Positions 48,965-57,869 of a stretch of 64,000 bases of DNA are shown here, piece after piece; the first letter of the stretch is position 1; the number at the start of each line of letters is the position of its first letter. The position numbers were made by a program, and so were the translations under genes. The notes beneath the pieces were generated by a model. It was not told the origin of the DNA. It saw nothing but the letters and a program-made list of their open reading frames with translations, and did no database searches. Origin of the DNA: Bacteroides sp. (lineage in GTDB: Bacteria; Bacteroidota; Bacteroidia; Bacteroidales; Muribaculaceae); NCBI GenBank assembly GCA_014801945.1, contig JAAVDF010000016.1:5857-69856 (forward strand). The letters are read 5' to 3'.

Positions 48965-49333
48965 ATGGCTGACCACAATCAGCTCGGCCAGTGGGGCGAA
49001 CAGGTTGCCAAGGAGTATCTGCTGACGCAGGGCTATGCCATCAGTGGTGAGAATATCCGTATAGCCGGTGTCGAGATTGACTTCATAGCCATGAAGGATG
49101 ACATGATCTGTTTTGTCGAGGTCAAGACACGTTCGACAGATTTTTCAGATCCGGCTGATGCCGTTGATAAACGAAAGAGAGCGAGGATCGTGCGTGCGGC
49201 CGATACATATATCCGTTCCTACGATATTCCGCTTGAACCTCGTTTTGATCTTGTGCTTGTAATCGGTTCTCCCGCTTCCTATACGATTGAACACATTCCT
49301 GATGCTTTCCTGCCAAGTCTCAACAACAGGTGA
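48965..49333 (+). CDS. YraN/UPF0102 family nuclease-like protein
   Basis: GQWGE, EIDFIA, FVEVKTR and RFD motifs. Confidence 0.92.
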   Translation: MADHNQLGQWGEQVAKEYLLTQGYAISGENIRIAGVEIDFIAMKDDMICFVEVKTRSTDFSDPADAVDKRKRARIVRAADTYIRSYDIPLEPRFDLVLVIGSPASYTIEHIPDAFLPSLNNR

Positions 49334-49360
49334 TATGGAGGTATAGCATCCGACATGGTA

Positions 49361-49428
49361 TTTTAGAAAAAGAGATAATCCAAGATTCCGTCATCATTCA
49401 GAATCTTGGATTATCTCTTTTTCTAAAA
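49361..49428. repeat. Perfect 28-bp inverted repeat (12-nt loop) between convergent genes, likely a bidirectional terminator
   Basis: 49361-49388 is the exact reverse complement of 49401-49428. Confidence 0.85.
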
Positions 49429-49446
49429 GTATGTACACCGATCTCT

Positions 49447-49932
49447 TTATACTTCGTCAGGAAGCGGAAGCTGATGGGTGTTCTTGACCTCATCGAGAAC
49501 AAAAGAGCTGTTGAGCGATCCGATGCAGTCAAGCTCACCGAGGATGCGGAGGATGAATTCCTGATAAGACCTCATGTCCTTGGTGTAGATCTTGAGGAGG
49601 AAATCATGATCTCCTGACACGTTATAGCATTCGGCTATTTCCGGTATGCTCTTGACTGCGGTCATGATCCGTATGGCATTTTCGTATGACTGCTGTTTCA
49701 TCTTCAGATAGCAGAACGCAAGGAAACCGCAATCGATTTTCTCGGCATCGAGGACAGCCATGTATTTTGTGATATAGCCCTCGCGTTCGAGGCGTTTGAC
49801 ACGCTCGAATGTCGGGGTAGGGGAGAGATGGACGGCGGCTGCAAGTTCCTTTACGGTTAGCCGGGAATTCTCCTGCAGGACTTTGAGGATGCGTATGTCG
49901 ATTGCGTCAAGCGATGTTGATGATGACTTCAT
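49447..49932 (-). CDS. Lrp/AsnC family transcriptional regulator
   Basis: LDAIDIRIL..LSPTPTFERVKRLE HTH; ECYNVSGDHDFLLK RAM domain; promoter TATTTTTG at 50012-50019 (-). Confidence 0.95.
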   Translation of the reverse strand: MKSSSTSLDAIDIRILKVLQENSRLTVKELAAAVHLSPTPTFERVKRLEREGYITKYMAVLDAEKIDCGFLAFCYLKMKQQSYENAIRIMTAVKSIPEIAECYNVSGDHDFLLKIYTKDMRSYQEFILRILGELDCIGSLNSSFVLDEVKNTHQLPLPDEV

Positions 49933-49945
49933 GGTGTGCGGGATT

Positions 49946-49960
49946 TAGAATATTATTCTT
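49946..49960. promoter_or_regulatory. Lrp-type operator
   Basis: TAGAATATTATTCTT matches E. coli Lrp consensus YAGHAWATTWTDCTR at 14/15 positions. Confidence 0.55.
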
Positions 49961-50085
49961 TAACAGAGGGTGCTGTCCGGTGATATAAGAATAAAAGTAT
50001 TAATTTGGATGCAAAAATAGTGATATTTTCTAAATCCATGCAACAGATAGATGGAAAACATTAAATTTTATTACTTTTGTGAATG

Positions 50086-50428
50086 TATCAGGCTTGCCAA
50101 AGTGTGAGTCAGGTACGCATTAGGTAATCATTAAGTCATTAGTACTAAGTTTTCGCTTACATTAACAGAAACACATTTTTCTCTTAACGGTAATGCGGCA
50201 TGAATGTCATCAGGATTGATGTCGAGTGTCCGTCTTACCGGCGGAATCGGAGTGATTGAGGGCAGAAGGCCTGAGCATCTCCGTTTCACTTGTGAAAGTG
50301 GAAAGATTCCGATGATTTCATCCGATCACTTCAGTAGTCACCTGTCAGTGGACTATCATACTCTCCGGATTAAGGAAGCCGATCCCTGAAGAGGGGATGC
50401 CTTCATGTCCGGAGAGCATTTATTTATA
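50086..50428 (+). ncRNA. Candidate structured non-coding RNA divergent from lrp
   Basis: TACTTTTG -7 element at 50072-50079, no convincing ORF, several stems and a terminal ctctccgga/tccggagag hairpin. Confidence 0.4.
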
Positions 50429-50603
50429 AGGTCGGGCTCATCAGGCTTTCATTTTATTAGCTCCTTGCGTTGAAAATACTTAAAAATCTTGTAACTTTGC
50501 AAGGTGATACGCACTGACTGCCTATGTCGTTGCCGGAGTTCGGTCCGCAATTCCATTACGGGTGGCTGTGCGGAATAAATAAACCTAAATAATATTGATA
50601 GAT

Positions 50604-51056
50604 ATGGATTTATTTGAAAAAATTTCCGCCGATATAAAGAGTGCGATGCTCGCACGCGAGAAAGTGCGCCTTGAGACTCTCCGTGGTATCAAGAAGGAAT
50701 TTCTTGAAGCCAAGACCGCCAAGGGTGGCGACGGTTCGCTTTCAGACGAAGCCGCGACCAAGATTCTCGCAAAGATGGCCAAGCAACGCCGCGAGACTGC
50801 GCAGATCTATGAGGAGCAGAACCGCCCCGAACTGCGCGACAATGAGCTTGCCGAGGCTGCCGTGATCGAAGAATATCTTCCCAAGCAGCTCTCCGAGGAG
50901 GAGCTGACGGCCGAACTCAAGAAGATCATCGAGCAGACCGGTGCGACCTCCGCAAAGGAAATGGGCAAGGTGATGGGCGTGGCTTCCAAAGCTCTCGCCG
51001 GACGTGCCGACGGTAAAGTCATCTCTGCCAAGGTGCGCGAACTTCTCAACAATTGA
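50604..51056 (+). CDS. GatB/YqeY domain protein
   Basis: IKSAM..LRGIK..KQRRE..YLPKQLS..MGKVMG; promoter TAACTTTG at 50492-50499. Confidence 0.93.
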   Translation: MDLFEKISADIKSAMLAREKVRLETLRGIKKEFLEAKTAKGGDGSLSDEAATKILAKMAKQRRETAQIYEEQNRPELRDNELAEAAVIEEYLPKQLSEEELTAELKKIIEQTGATSAKEMGKVMGVASKALAGRADGKVISAKVRELLNN

Positions 51057-51084
51057 ATTTAAGACATAGATACAATAAAGGAAA

Positions 51085-52356
51085 ATGCTTACCCTACAGC
51101 AAATCAAAGAGGATCCCGAACGCATCATAGCGCGCCTCGCCGTCAAGGGCTTTGACGGAAAGCAGGGAGTCAACGATGTGATTGATTTTGATGATCAGCG
51201 ACGCAGTCTGCAATTCCAGTATGATAACCTCGCAGCCGAACTCAAGAAGAAGGCCGATTCGATAGGTATGCTGATGAAAGCCGGTCAGCGCGACGAGGCT
51301 GAGAAGGCAAAAGCCGAGGTGGCTGAAATCAAGGCTGAACAGAAGGAGATTTCCGATCGTCTGACGGCAACGGAGAATGCTATCCGTGACATTCTTCTCG
51401 GTATGCCCAACATCCCCTGCGACGCAGTTCCCGAAGGCAAGACTGCCGAGGATAATGTCGTGGAGAAAACCGGTGGACCGATGCCCGATCTTCCCGCCGA
51501 TGCGCTTCCCCACTGGGAACTCGCCAAGAAATATAACCTCATCAACTTTGATCTCGGTGTGAAGATCACCGGTCCGGGTTTCCCCGTATATATCGGCAAG
51601 GGTGCACGTCTGCAGCGTGCTCTCATCCAGTTCTTCCTCGATGAGGCTGGTCAGGCCGGCTATCTTGAGATTCAGCCCCCCTACGTCGTCAACGAGGCGT
51701 CCGGCTACGGTACAGGCCAGCTTCCCGACAAGGAAGGACAGATGTATTACATCAACGAGGACAAACTCTATCTCATCCCGACGGCTGAAGTCCCCGTCAC
51801 CAATCTCTACCGCGACGTCATCATCCCCGCTGATCAGCTTCCGATCAAGAACTGTGCTTATTCGGCATGTTTCCGTCGTGAGGCAGGTTCTTATGGCAAG
51901 GATGTCCGTGGTCTCAACCGCCTCCACCAGTTCGACAAGGTCGAGATTGTCCGTATTGAAAAACCGGAGAACTCCTATGCAGCTCTTGAAGAAATGAAGG
52001 ATCATGTACAGGGCCTCCTTGAAAAACTCGGTCTGCCTTGGCACATACTCCGTCTCTGCGGTGGCGACATGAGCTTCACTTCAGCCATTACATTTGACTT
52101 TGAAGTCTATTCAGCCGCACAGGGCCGCTGGCTTGAGGTGTCGTCCGTCTCCAACTTCGAGACTTATCAGGCCAACCGTCTGAAATGCCGTTACCGTGGT
52201 GAGGATAAGAAAACCCATCTCTGCCACACTCTCAACGGCTCGGCTCTCGCACTCCCTCGCATCATGGCCGCGCTGCTTGAGAACAACCAGACTCCGCAGG
52301 GCATCGTCGTCCCCGAATGTCTGCGCAAATACACCGGTTTTGATATAATCGACTGA
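51085..52356 (+). CDS. serS: Serine--tRNA ligase
   Basis: LIPTAEVP, FRREAGSYG..RLHQFDKVE, EVSSVSN and TLNGSALA motifs. Confidence 0.97.
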   Translation: MLTLQQIKEDPERIIARLAVKGFDGKQGVNDVIDFDDQRRSLQFQYDNLAAELKKKADSIGMLMKAGQRDEAEKAKAEVAEIKAEQKEISDRLTATENAIRDILLGMPNIPCDAVPEGKTAEDNVVEKTGGPMPDLPADALPHWELAKKYNLINFDLGVKITGPGFPVYIGKGARLQRALIQFFLDEAGQAGYLEIQPPYVVNEASGYGTGQLPDKEGQMYYINEDKLYLIPTAEVPVTNLYRDVIIPADQLPIKNCAYSACFRREAGSYGKDVRGLNRLHQFDKVEIVRIEKPENSYAALEEMKDHVQGLLEKLGLPWHILRLCGGDMSFTSAITFDFEVYSAAQGRWLEVSSVSNFETYQANRLKCRYRGEDKKTHLCHTLNGSALALPRIMAALLENNQTPQGIVVPECLRKYTGFDIID

Positions 52357-52531
52357 TAACTTGCTGTTGGTGGCCGGATTCATTCCGGCCTGCCAACCTT
52401 TGATGCGGTCGGCGCGTTGTAATAAGTGACAGCGGTCATGGACGGGTCTCCGGATTTGCCGTGACGACATCCGCATTCCACCTTTTTTCCTTGGCCGCAA
52501 CCTCACGATCACTTAAAACTATTATAAAATT

Positions 52532-52867
52532 ATGGAATCAACACGTCAAGCAAAAATATCGCGTCTGTTACAGAAGGAACTCAGTGAAATATTCCGTCTG
52601 CAGACGGCCAAGACCCACGGCACTCTCGTGTCCGTCAGCATAGTTCGTGTATCCCCCGACCTGAGTGTGGCCAAGGTCTATCTTTCGATCTTCCCCTCGG
52701 AGCGGTCTCAGGAACTTCTTGAAAGTATCCGCGACAGTGCGAAGACCATCCGTTATGAACTTGCGCAGAGGGTACGTTTCCAGCTCAGGAAATGTCCTGA
52801 ATTAAGTTTCTATCTGGATGACTCGCTGGACTATATTGACAATATCGACAAACTCCTGACCAAGTAA
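52532..52867 (+). CDS. rbfA: Ribosome-binding factor A
   Basis: VRVSPDLSVAKVYLS and PELSFYLDDS motifs. Confidence 0.95.
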   Translation: MESTRQAKISRLLQKELSEIFRLQTAKTHGTLVSVSIVRVSPDLSVAKVYLSIFPSERSQELLESIRDSAKTIRYELAQRVRFQLRKCPELSFYLDDSLDYIDNIDKLLTK

Positions 52868-52903
52868 GGACAGGAATGAATCAGCAACTGATTCAGCGTG
52901 GTT

Positions 52904-52990
52904 GCAGGGACGCTCTACGGAGTTTCCATTGACTGTTCGGGCTTAATCACGGCCCAGTGTCAGGTGGAGGCTTTCAGGCAGCGTCCCTGC
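52904..52990. repeat. REP-like long hairpin (GCAGGGACGC termini)
   Basis: gcagggacgct / agcgtccctgc; ttgcagggacgc resembles ttgtagggacgc at 41158. Confidence 0.5.
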
Positions 52991-53085
52991 CGTCGCTTTT
53001 TCGGGCAGGGAGTCCCCCCGTCCATCTCCCTCCCGCTGTTTAAGGGAGGATTCTTAACATATAATTAAACCACATCGGATCACAA

Positions 53086-54306
53086 ATGCCTGCATTCAGA
53101 ATTGCCCTCCGCTATCTTCTGGCAAAGAAAAGCCATACGGCAGTCAATATCATTTCCTACATCTCCATGGCCGGCATAGCTGTAGCGGCTATGGCTATGG
53201 TATGTGTGCTCTCGGTGTTCAACGGTTTCACGGAGCTTGCTTCCGACAGGCTTTCGTTTGTGGATCCGGATGTAAAAGTCACCCCGGCCAATAACTATAT
53301 GATAGCCGATGCCGACTCGCTTGCGGCTGTCATCAGCGATATTGACGGTGTGCGCGTGGCCGTGCCGACCATTCAGGCCGAGGCACTTGCCATCTATGAC
53401 GGCGTACAGCTACCGGTGCGCATAGCCGGAGTGCCTGACGGATTTGGAGAAGTTTCGGCGTTGAGTTCGCTCATGATCGACGGTGTCATGGACACGATCA
53501 CCAATGAGCTTGGCGGAGCGGTGATCGGCGTGGGTACAGCCGTGCGGCTCGGCGCACGTCCATCGATGATACCTGACCTTCAGCTCACCGTCCCCCGCCG
53601 TCTCGGACGCATAAATCCGGCCTTCCCCATGTCGGCGTTTATAACGGACACGCTCATGGTCAGCGGAGTATATCGGACGAATCAGCCTGAGTTTGACAAC
53701 GCCATGATCTATCTTCCGCTCCGCAATGCCCGTGAACTTCTTGACTATACCACCGAGGGGACGGCCGTGGAGATAGCCATAGAGCCGGGATACGATGTCG
53801 GTCATGTCGTCAAGGCGATTGAAAGCAGACTGGGGGACTCATATATTGTGGCAGATCGCCTCAGACAGGAGTCACACTCCTTCCGCATGATAGCCATTGA
53901 GAAATGGATCACTTTCCTTATGCTCGTGTTCGTCCTCGTCATGGCCTCGTTCAATATCCTGTCATCCCTCGCCATGCTCATAATAGAAAAGGAGGAAAGT
54001 CTGCGCATACTCAGCGCGGTAGGTGCGCCGGATTCGATGCTTCGGCGTATATTTCTTGATCAGGGCTTGCTCGTGGCTCTTGCCGGAGGTGCTGCGGGTA
54101 TCGTGACAGGTGTGATCCTCTGTCTTGTTCAGGAACATTTCGGCATCATCACGCTCGGAGGTGACCATTCGCAGATGTCCATCGTCACCTATCCCTGTGT
54201 TCTCGAATTTACCGATGTGCTCGTGACCGCCGGAGTCGTTGTGGTTATCGGTTGTATTTCCGGATTCATAGCCTCGCGCAGTGTCCGCCCTCCCTTCGGT
54301 AGATGA
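53086..54306 (+). CDS. LolC/E-like (FtsX/MacB family) ABC permease
   Basis: IALRYL..VLSVFNGF, ASFNILSSLAMLIIEK; four-TM topology; follows rbfA. Confidence 0.88.
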   Translation: MPAFRIALRYLLAKKSHTAVNIISYISMAGIAVAAMAMVCVLSVFNGFTELASDRLSFVDPDVKVTPANNYMIADADSLAAVISDIDGVRVAVPTIQAEALAIYDGVQLPVRIAGVPDGFGEVSALSSLMIDGVMDTITNELGGAVIGVGTAVRLGARPSMIPDLQLTVPRRLGRINPAFPMSAFITDTLMVSGVYRTNQPEFDNAMIYLPLRNARELLDYTTEGTAVEIAIEPGYDVGHVVKAIESRLGDSYIVADRLRQESHSFRMIAIEKWITFLMLVFVLVMASFNILSSLAMLIIEKEESLRILSAVGAPDSMLRRIFLDQGLLVALAGGAAGIVTGVILCLVQEHFGIITLGGDHSQMSIVTYPCVLEFTDVLVTAGVVVVIGCISGFIASRSVRPPFGR

Positions 54307-54428
54307 ACTGTGGATTATGGATAAAAATCAAGGTGGTGAAGTTTGGCTATTGATAATAAATTTCGTAATTTAGCAGTCATAAAAATTTGTGTTATCAAAC
54401 CTCAGGCATTTTATTAAAAGATCAGATC

Positions 54429-55520
54429 ATGTCAACACCAACCAACCATAGATATTGCGTCATCATGTGTGGCGGAGTGGGAAGCCGTTTCTGGCCCTAT
54501 TCACGAGAGGACTGTCCGAAGCAGTTCATCGACTTCCTCGGCACGGGACGTTCGTTGCTCCAGATGTCTTATGACCGCGTTCTTCCGATAGTACCCAAGG
54601 AAAATGTCATAGTGGTTACAAATGAAAAATACGCTCCCCTCATCCGTGAGCAGTTGCCCGATGTGCTCCCCTCCAACATCCTTCTTGAACCCGCACGCCG
54701 CAACACTGCTCCCTGTATCGCATGGGCGGCCTACCATATAGCGGCTCTTGATCCCGAAGCGTCAATGATTGTCACTCCGAGTGACCACCTGATCACGCGC
54801 GAAAACATCTTCCTCGACTGTGTGCGCCGTGGCTTTGAGTTTGTGGAGTCAAATGACGCGCTTCTTACCCTCGGAATCACACCTACACGTCCCGAAACCG
54901 GCTACGGTTACATTCAGGTCGGTCAGGAAGCTGAACCGGGCATACTGAAGGTGAAGACATTCACCGAAAAGCCGAATCTTGAGCTTGCGAAAGTGTTCCT
55001 TGAGTCAGGTGAGTTCTTCTGGAATTCAGGAATCTTCCTTTGGAAAGCATCGACGATCATTGATGCGCTCCATAAATACAATCCCGATCTTACGGCTCTC
55101 TTTGACCGTGGAAAGGCCGACTTCGGCACTCCGGAAGAAGAGGCGTTCATAAAGGCCAACTTCATTGCATGTCCCTCCAACTCGATTGACTATGCAGTGA
55201 TGGAGAAGGCCGACAATGTCTATGTAGAGTGTGTCAGCTTCGGGTGGAACGATCTCGGAACTTGGAGCGCGCTCTATGACAACTCGCCCCGCAACAGCGA
55301 CAGCAATGTGACGCAGAACTGCAGCGTCCTCGCATACGAGAGCAAGGGTAACATCTTTGCTGTCCAGCAGCCCGATAAACTCGTCGTGGTCCACGGGCTA
55401 AAGGATTATATCATAGCCGACGCAGGCGATGTGCTCCTTATCTGTCCCAAGGCCGAGGAGCAGCGGATCAAGCAGATGGTCAACGACGCCAAGATTTCGT
55501 TTGGCGATAAATATCTCTGA
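54429..55520 (+). CDS. manC: Mannose-1-phosphate guanylyltransferase
   Basis: GGVGSRFWP..PKQF, EPARRNTAP, ETGYGYI, FTEKP, WNSG, SIDYAVME and WNDLG motifs. Confidence 0.93.
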   Translation: MSTPTNHRYCVIMCGGVGSRFWPYSREDCPKQFIDFLGTGRSLLQMSYDRVLPIVPKENVIVVTNEKYAPLIREQLPDVLPSNILLEPARRNTAPCIAWAAYHIAALDPEASMIVTPSDHLITRENIFLDCVRRGFEFVESNDALLTLGITPTRPETGYGYIQVGQEAEPGILKVKTFTEKPNLELAKVFLESGEFFWNSGIFLWKASTIIDALHKYNPDLTALFDRGKADFGTPEEEAFIKANFIACPSNSIDYAVMEKADNVYVECVSFGWNDLGTWSALYDNSPRNSDSNVTQNCSVLAYESKGNIFAVQQPDKLVVVHGLKDYIIADAGDVLLICPKAEEQRIKQMVNDAKISFGDKYL

Positions 55521-55557
55521 AACAACAACCGATACACACAATAGCCTTACGATCAAT

Positions 55558-57834
55558 ATGCAGGAATACAAACTCACTCCCCAAGAAGAGGATGCCTATG
55601 TGGAGCAGCAGTTCCGCGATCTGCTTGACGGCTACCTCGCCAGTAACCACCGTAAGAAAGTGGAGATCATAGAGCGTGCCTTTCGCTTTGCAAAGGATGC
55701 TCACAAGGGAGTGCGCCGACGGTCCGGCGAGCCTTACATACTCCATCCTATCGCCGTCGCCAAGATCGCGTCGCAGGAGATAGGTCTGGGATCGACATCC
55801 ATCTGTGCCGCGCTTCTCCACGATGTGGTGGAGGATACGGAATATACCGTGGAGGATATCGAGCAGCATTTCGGTCGTAAGATAGCACGTATAGTCGAGG
55901 GTCTGACAAAAATTTCCGGAGGCATCTTCGGCGACAAGGCTTCGGCTCAGGCTGAGAATTTCCGCAAGCTACTGCTTACCATGAGCGAGGACATACGCGT
56001 GGTGTTGATAAAGATGGCCGACCGTCTTCACAACATGCGCACCCTCGGTTCGATGGCTCCTAATAAGCAGTACAAGATTGCGGGCGAGACCCTCTACATC
56101 TACGCTCCGCTTGCCCATCGCCTCGGACTTTTCGAAATCAAGACCGAACTGGAGGATCTAAGCTTCAAGTATGAGCACCCCGGTGAGTACAGGCGCATAG
56201 CCGACCTGATCTCACAGACCGAGGCCGGACGTGAGGTGGTCTATAATGATTTCGCCACTCCTATCCTGAAGCGTCTCGACGCCATGGGGCTTGACTATGA
56301 GGCCAAGGCCCGGTTGAAGTCCGTTTATTCCATCTGGCGCAAGATGGAAACCAAACACATACCCTTCGAGGAGGTCTATGACCTGTATGCCATGCGTATC
56401 ATCTTTGATGTGCCGGAAGGAGAGTCCGAAAAGGAGATGTGTTTCAAGATCTACTCTGCGTTGACCGATCTGTACCGTCCGCATCCTGACCGCACGCGTG
56501 ATTGGATTACAAATCCTAAGGCCAACGGTTATCAGGCTCTCCACGTGACCCTCATGGGCCCTGACGGAAACTGGATCGAGGTGCAGATCCGCAGCCGCCG
56601 CATGGACGAGATTGCTGAAAAGGGTTTTGCCGCGCATTGGAAATATAAGATAGGCGAGCATGAGGAGGAGAGTGAACTCAATGTTTGGCTGAAAACCATC
56701 AAGGATATACTTGATGATCCTACTCCGAGTGCCATTGACTTCCTCGACACACTGAAACTCAACCTGTTTGCCACGGAAATCGTGGTGTTCACGCCCAAAG
56801 GTGAACTCCTTACGCTTCCCGCCGGTGCGACTGTGCTCGACGTGGCGTTTTCGCTCCACTCTGAAATCGGTATCCACTGCATAGCCGGTAAGGTCAACCA
56901 TAAACTTGTCCCGCTCTCTCATCGTCTCAATTCAGGTGATCAGGTGGAGGTCCTCACCTCCAATTCGCAGTCTCCGAAACCGGAATGGATGAATTTTCTC
57001 GCCACCGCAAAGGCCAAAACCCGTCTCCGCAAGGAATTGCGCCGTGTGCAGCAGCCTGTAATCGAGGAAGGAAAGAAGATCTTCGATGAATTCATGGTGC
57101 AGAACGACATTATTGTCAATAACAGCGTTATGACAAAGATTCTCGGAACGTATCATGTAGCCTCGCGCGAAGAGCTTTTCTATAAGCTCGGCAGCGGAGA
57201 GGTGTCGATCGACGATTATCTCAACGTCAATACCTCGCGTGGTGCGCGTTCGCTCGTGTCGCGTCTCTTCCGTCTCGGCTTCGGTGGTGATAATAAGAAA
57301 ATGAAGGTCAAGAAGCTCCTTTCTGCGACCGAGGAAACCGGGGCTGATAAGCCTAAACAACCGGAAATAAACACAAAGGAAACATACGTCCTGCGATTCA
57401 ACGAGCAGGAGAGCAATTTCTCTTTCGCCGAGTGCTGCCGTCCGATACCCGGCGATGAAGTGATGGGATTCATCACGGATGAGGGAACGGTCGAGGTACA
57501 TTCGCTCACATGTCCGCGTGCACAGGTGCTCAAGGCCAGCTTCGGTCCGCGGATCCTCGCCACCAAGTGGGATGAGGTTACAGGAAGCTTCCTTGCCAAC
57601 ATACGCATCGAGGGCATTGACCGCCACGGTATCCTTCAGGAACTCACCCGCATGATCTCTACCGCGCTCAATATCGACATCCGTCGTCTGAACATTGCGG
57701 CCGACAAGGAAGTGTTTACCTGCGAGCTTGATGTGCTTGTTTCCAACACCGAGGCTGTCGATGAACTCTGTAAGAGCATCATAAAGATCGAAGGTGTCAG
57801 CAAGGCCGACCGCGTCCGCTCCTATGAGAAATAA
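55558..57834 (+). CDS. relA: Bifunctional (p)ppGpp synthetase/hydrolase (long RSH)
   Basis: RRSGEPYILHP, LHDVVED, KMADRLHNMRT, EVQIR, TGS, CC and ACT domains. Confidence 0.95.
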   Translation: MQEYKLTPQEEDAYVEQQFRDLLDGYLASNHRKKVEIIERAFRFAKDAHKGVRRRSGEPYILHPIAVAKIASQEIGLGSTSICAALLHDVVEDTEYTVEDIEQHFGRKIARIVEGLTKISGGIFGDKASAQAENFRKLLLTMSEDIRVVLIKMADRLHNMRTLGSMAPNKQYKIAGETLYIYAPLAHRLGLFEIKTELEDLSFKYEHPGEYRRIADLISQTEAGREVVYNDFATPILKRLDAMGLDYEAKARLKSVYSIWRKMETKHIPFEEVYDLYAMRIIFDVPEGESEKEMCFKIYSALTDLYRPHPDRTRDWITNPKANGYQALHVTLMGPDGNWIEVQIRSRRMDEIAEKGFAAHWKYKIGEHEEESELNVWLKTIKDILDDPTPSAIDFLDTLKLNLFATEIVVFTPKGELLTLPAGATVLDVAFSLHSEIGIHCIAGKVNHKLVPLSHRLNSGDQVEVLTSNSQSPKPEWMNFLATAKAKTRLRKELRRVQQPVIEEGKKIFDEFMVQNDIIVNNSVMTKILGTYHVASREELFYKLGSGEVSIDDYLNVNTSRGARSLVSRLFRLGFGGDNKKMKVKKLLSATEETGADKPKQPEINTKETYVLRFNEQESNFSFAECCRPIPGDEVMGFITDEGTVEVHSLTCPRAQVLKASFGPRILATKWDEVTGSFLANIRIEGIDRHGILQELTRMISTALNIDIRRLNIAADKEVFTCELDVLVSNTEAVDELCKSIIKIEGVSKADRVRSYEK

Positions 57835-57869
57835 GATTTCCTATCGAGGAAGTTGCGTGATAACTTTAA

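Noticed and set aside
50204-50389. 61-aa ORF
   Set aside because: No recognisable motif, lacks the A-rich Bacteroidetes initiation context and overlaps predicted stems.
50086-50428. RNase P RNA, tmRNA, or SAM/cobalamin riboswitch
   Set aside because: No GAGGAAAGUCC, no tRNA-like ends and no recognisable riboswitch consensus; kept as an unknown ncRNA candidate.
51094-52044. 316-aa ORF antisense to serS (and similar ones opposite susF, pdxJ, rel, carA and carB)
   Set aside because: Codon-aligned antisense shadows of conserved genes.
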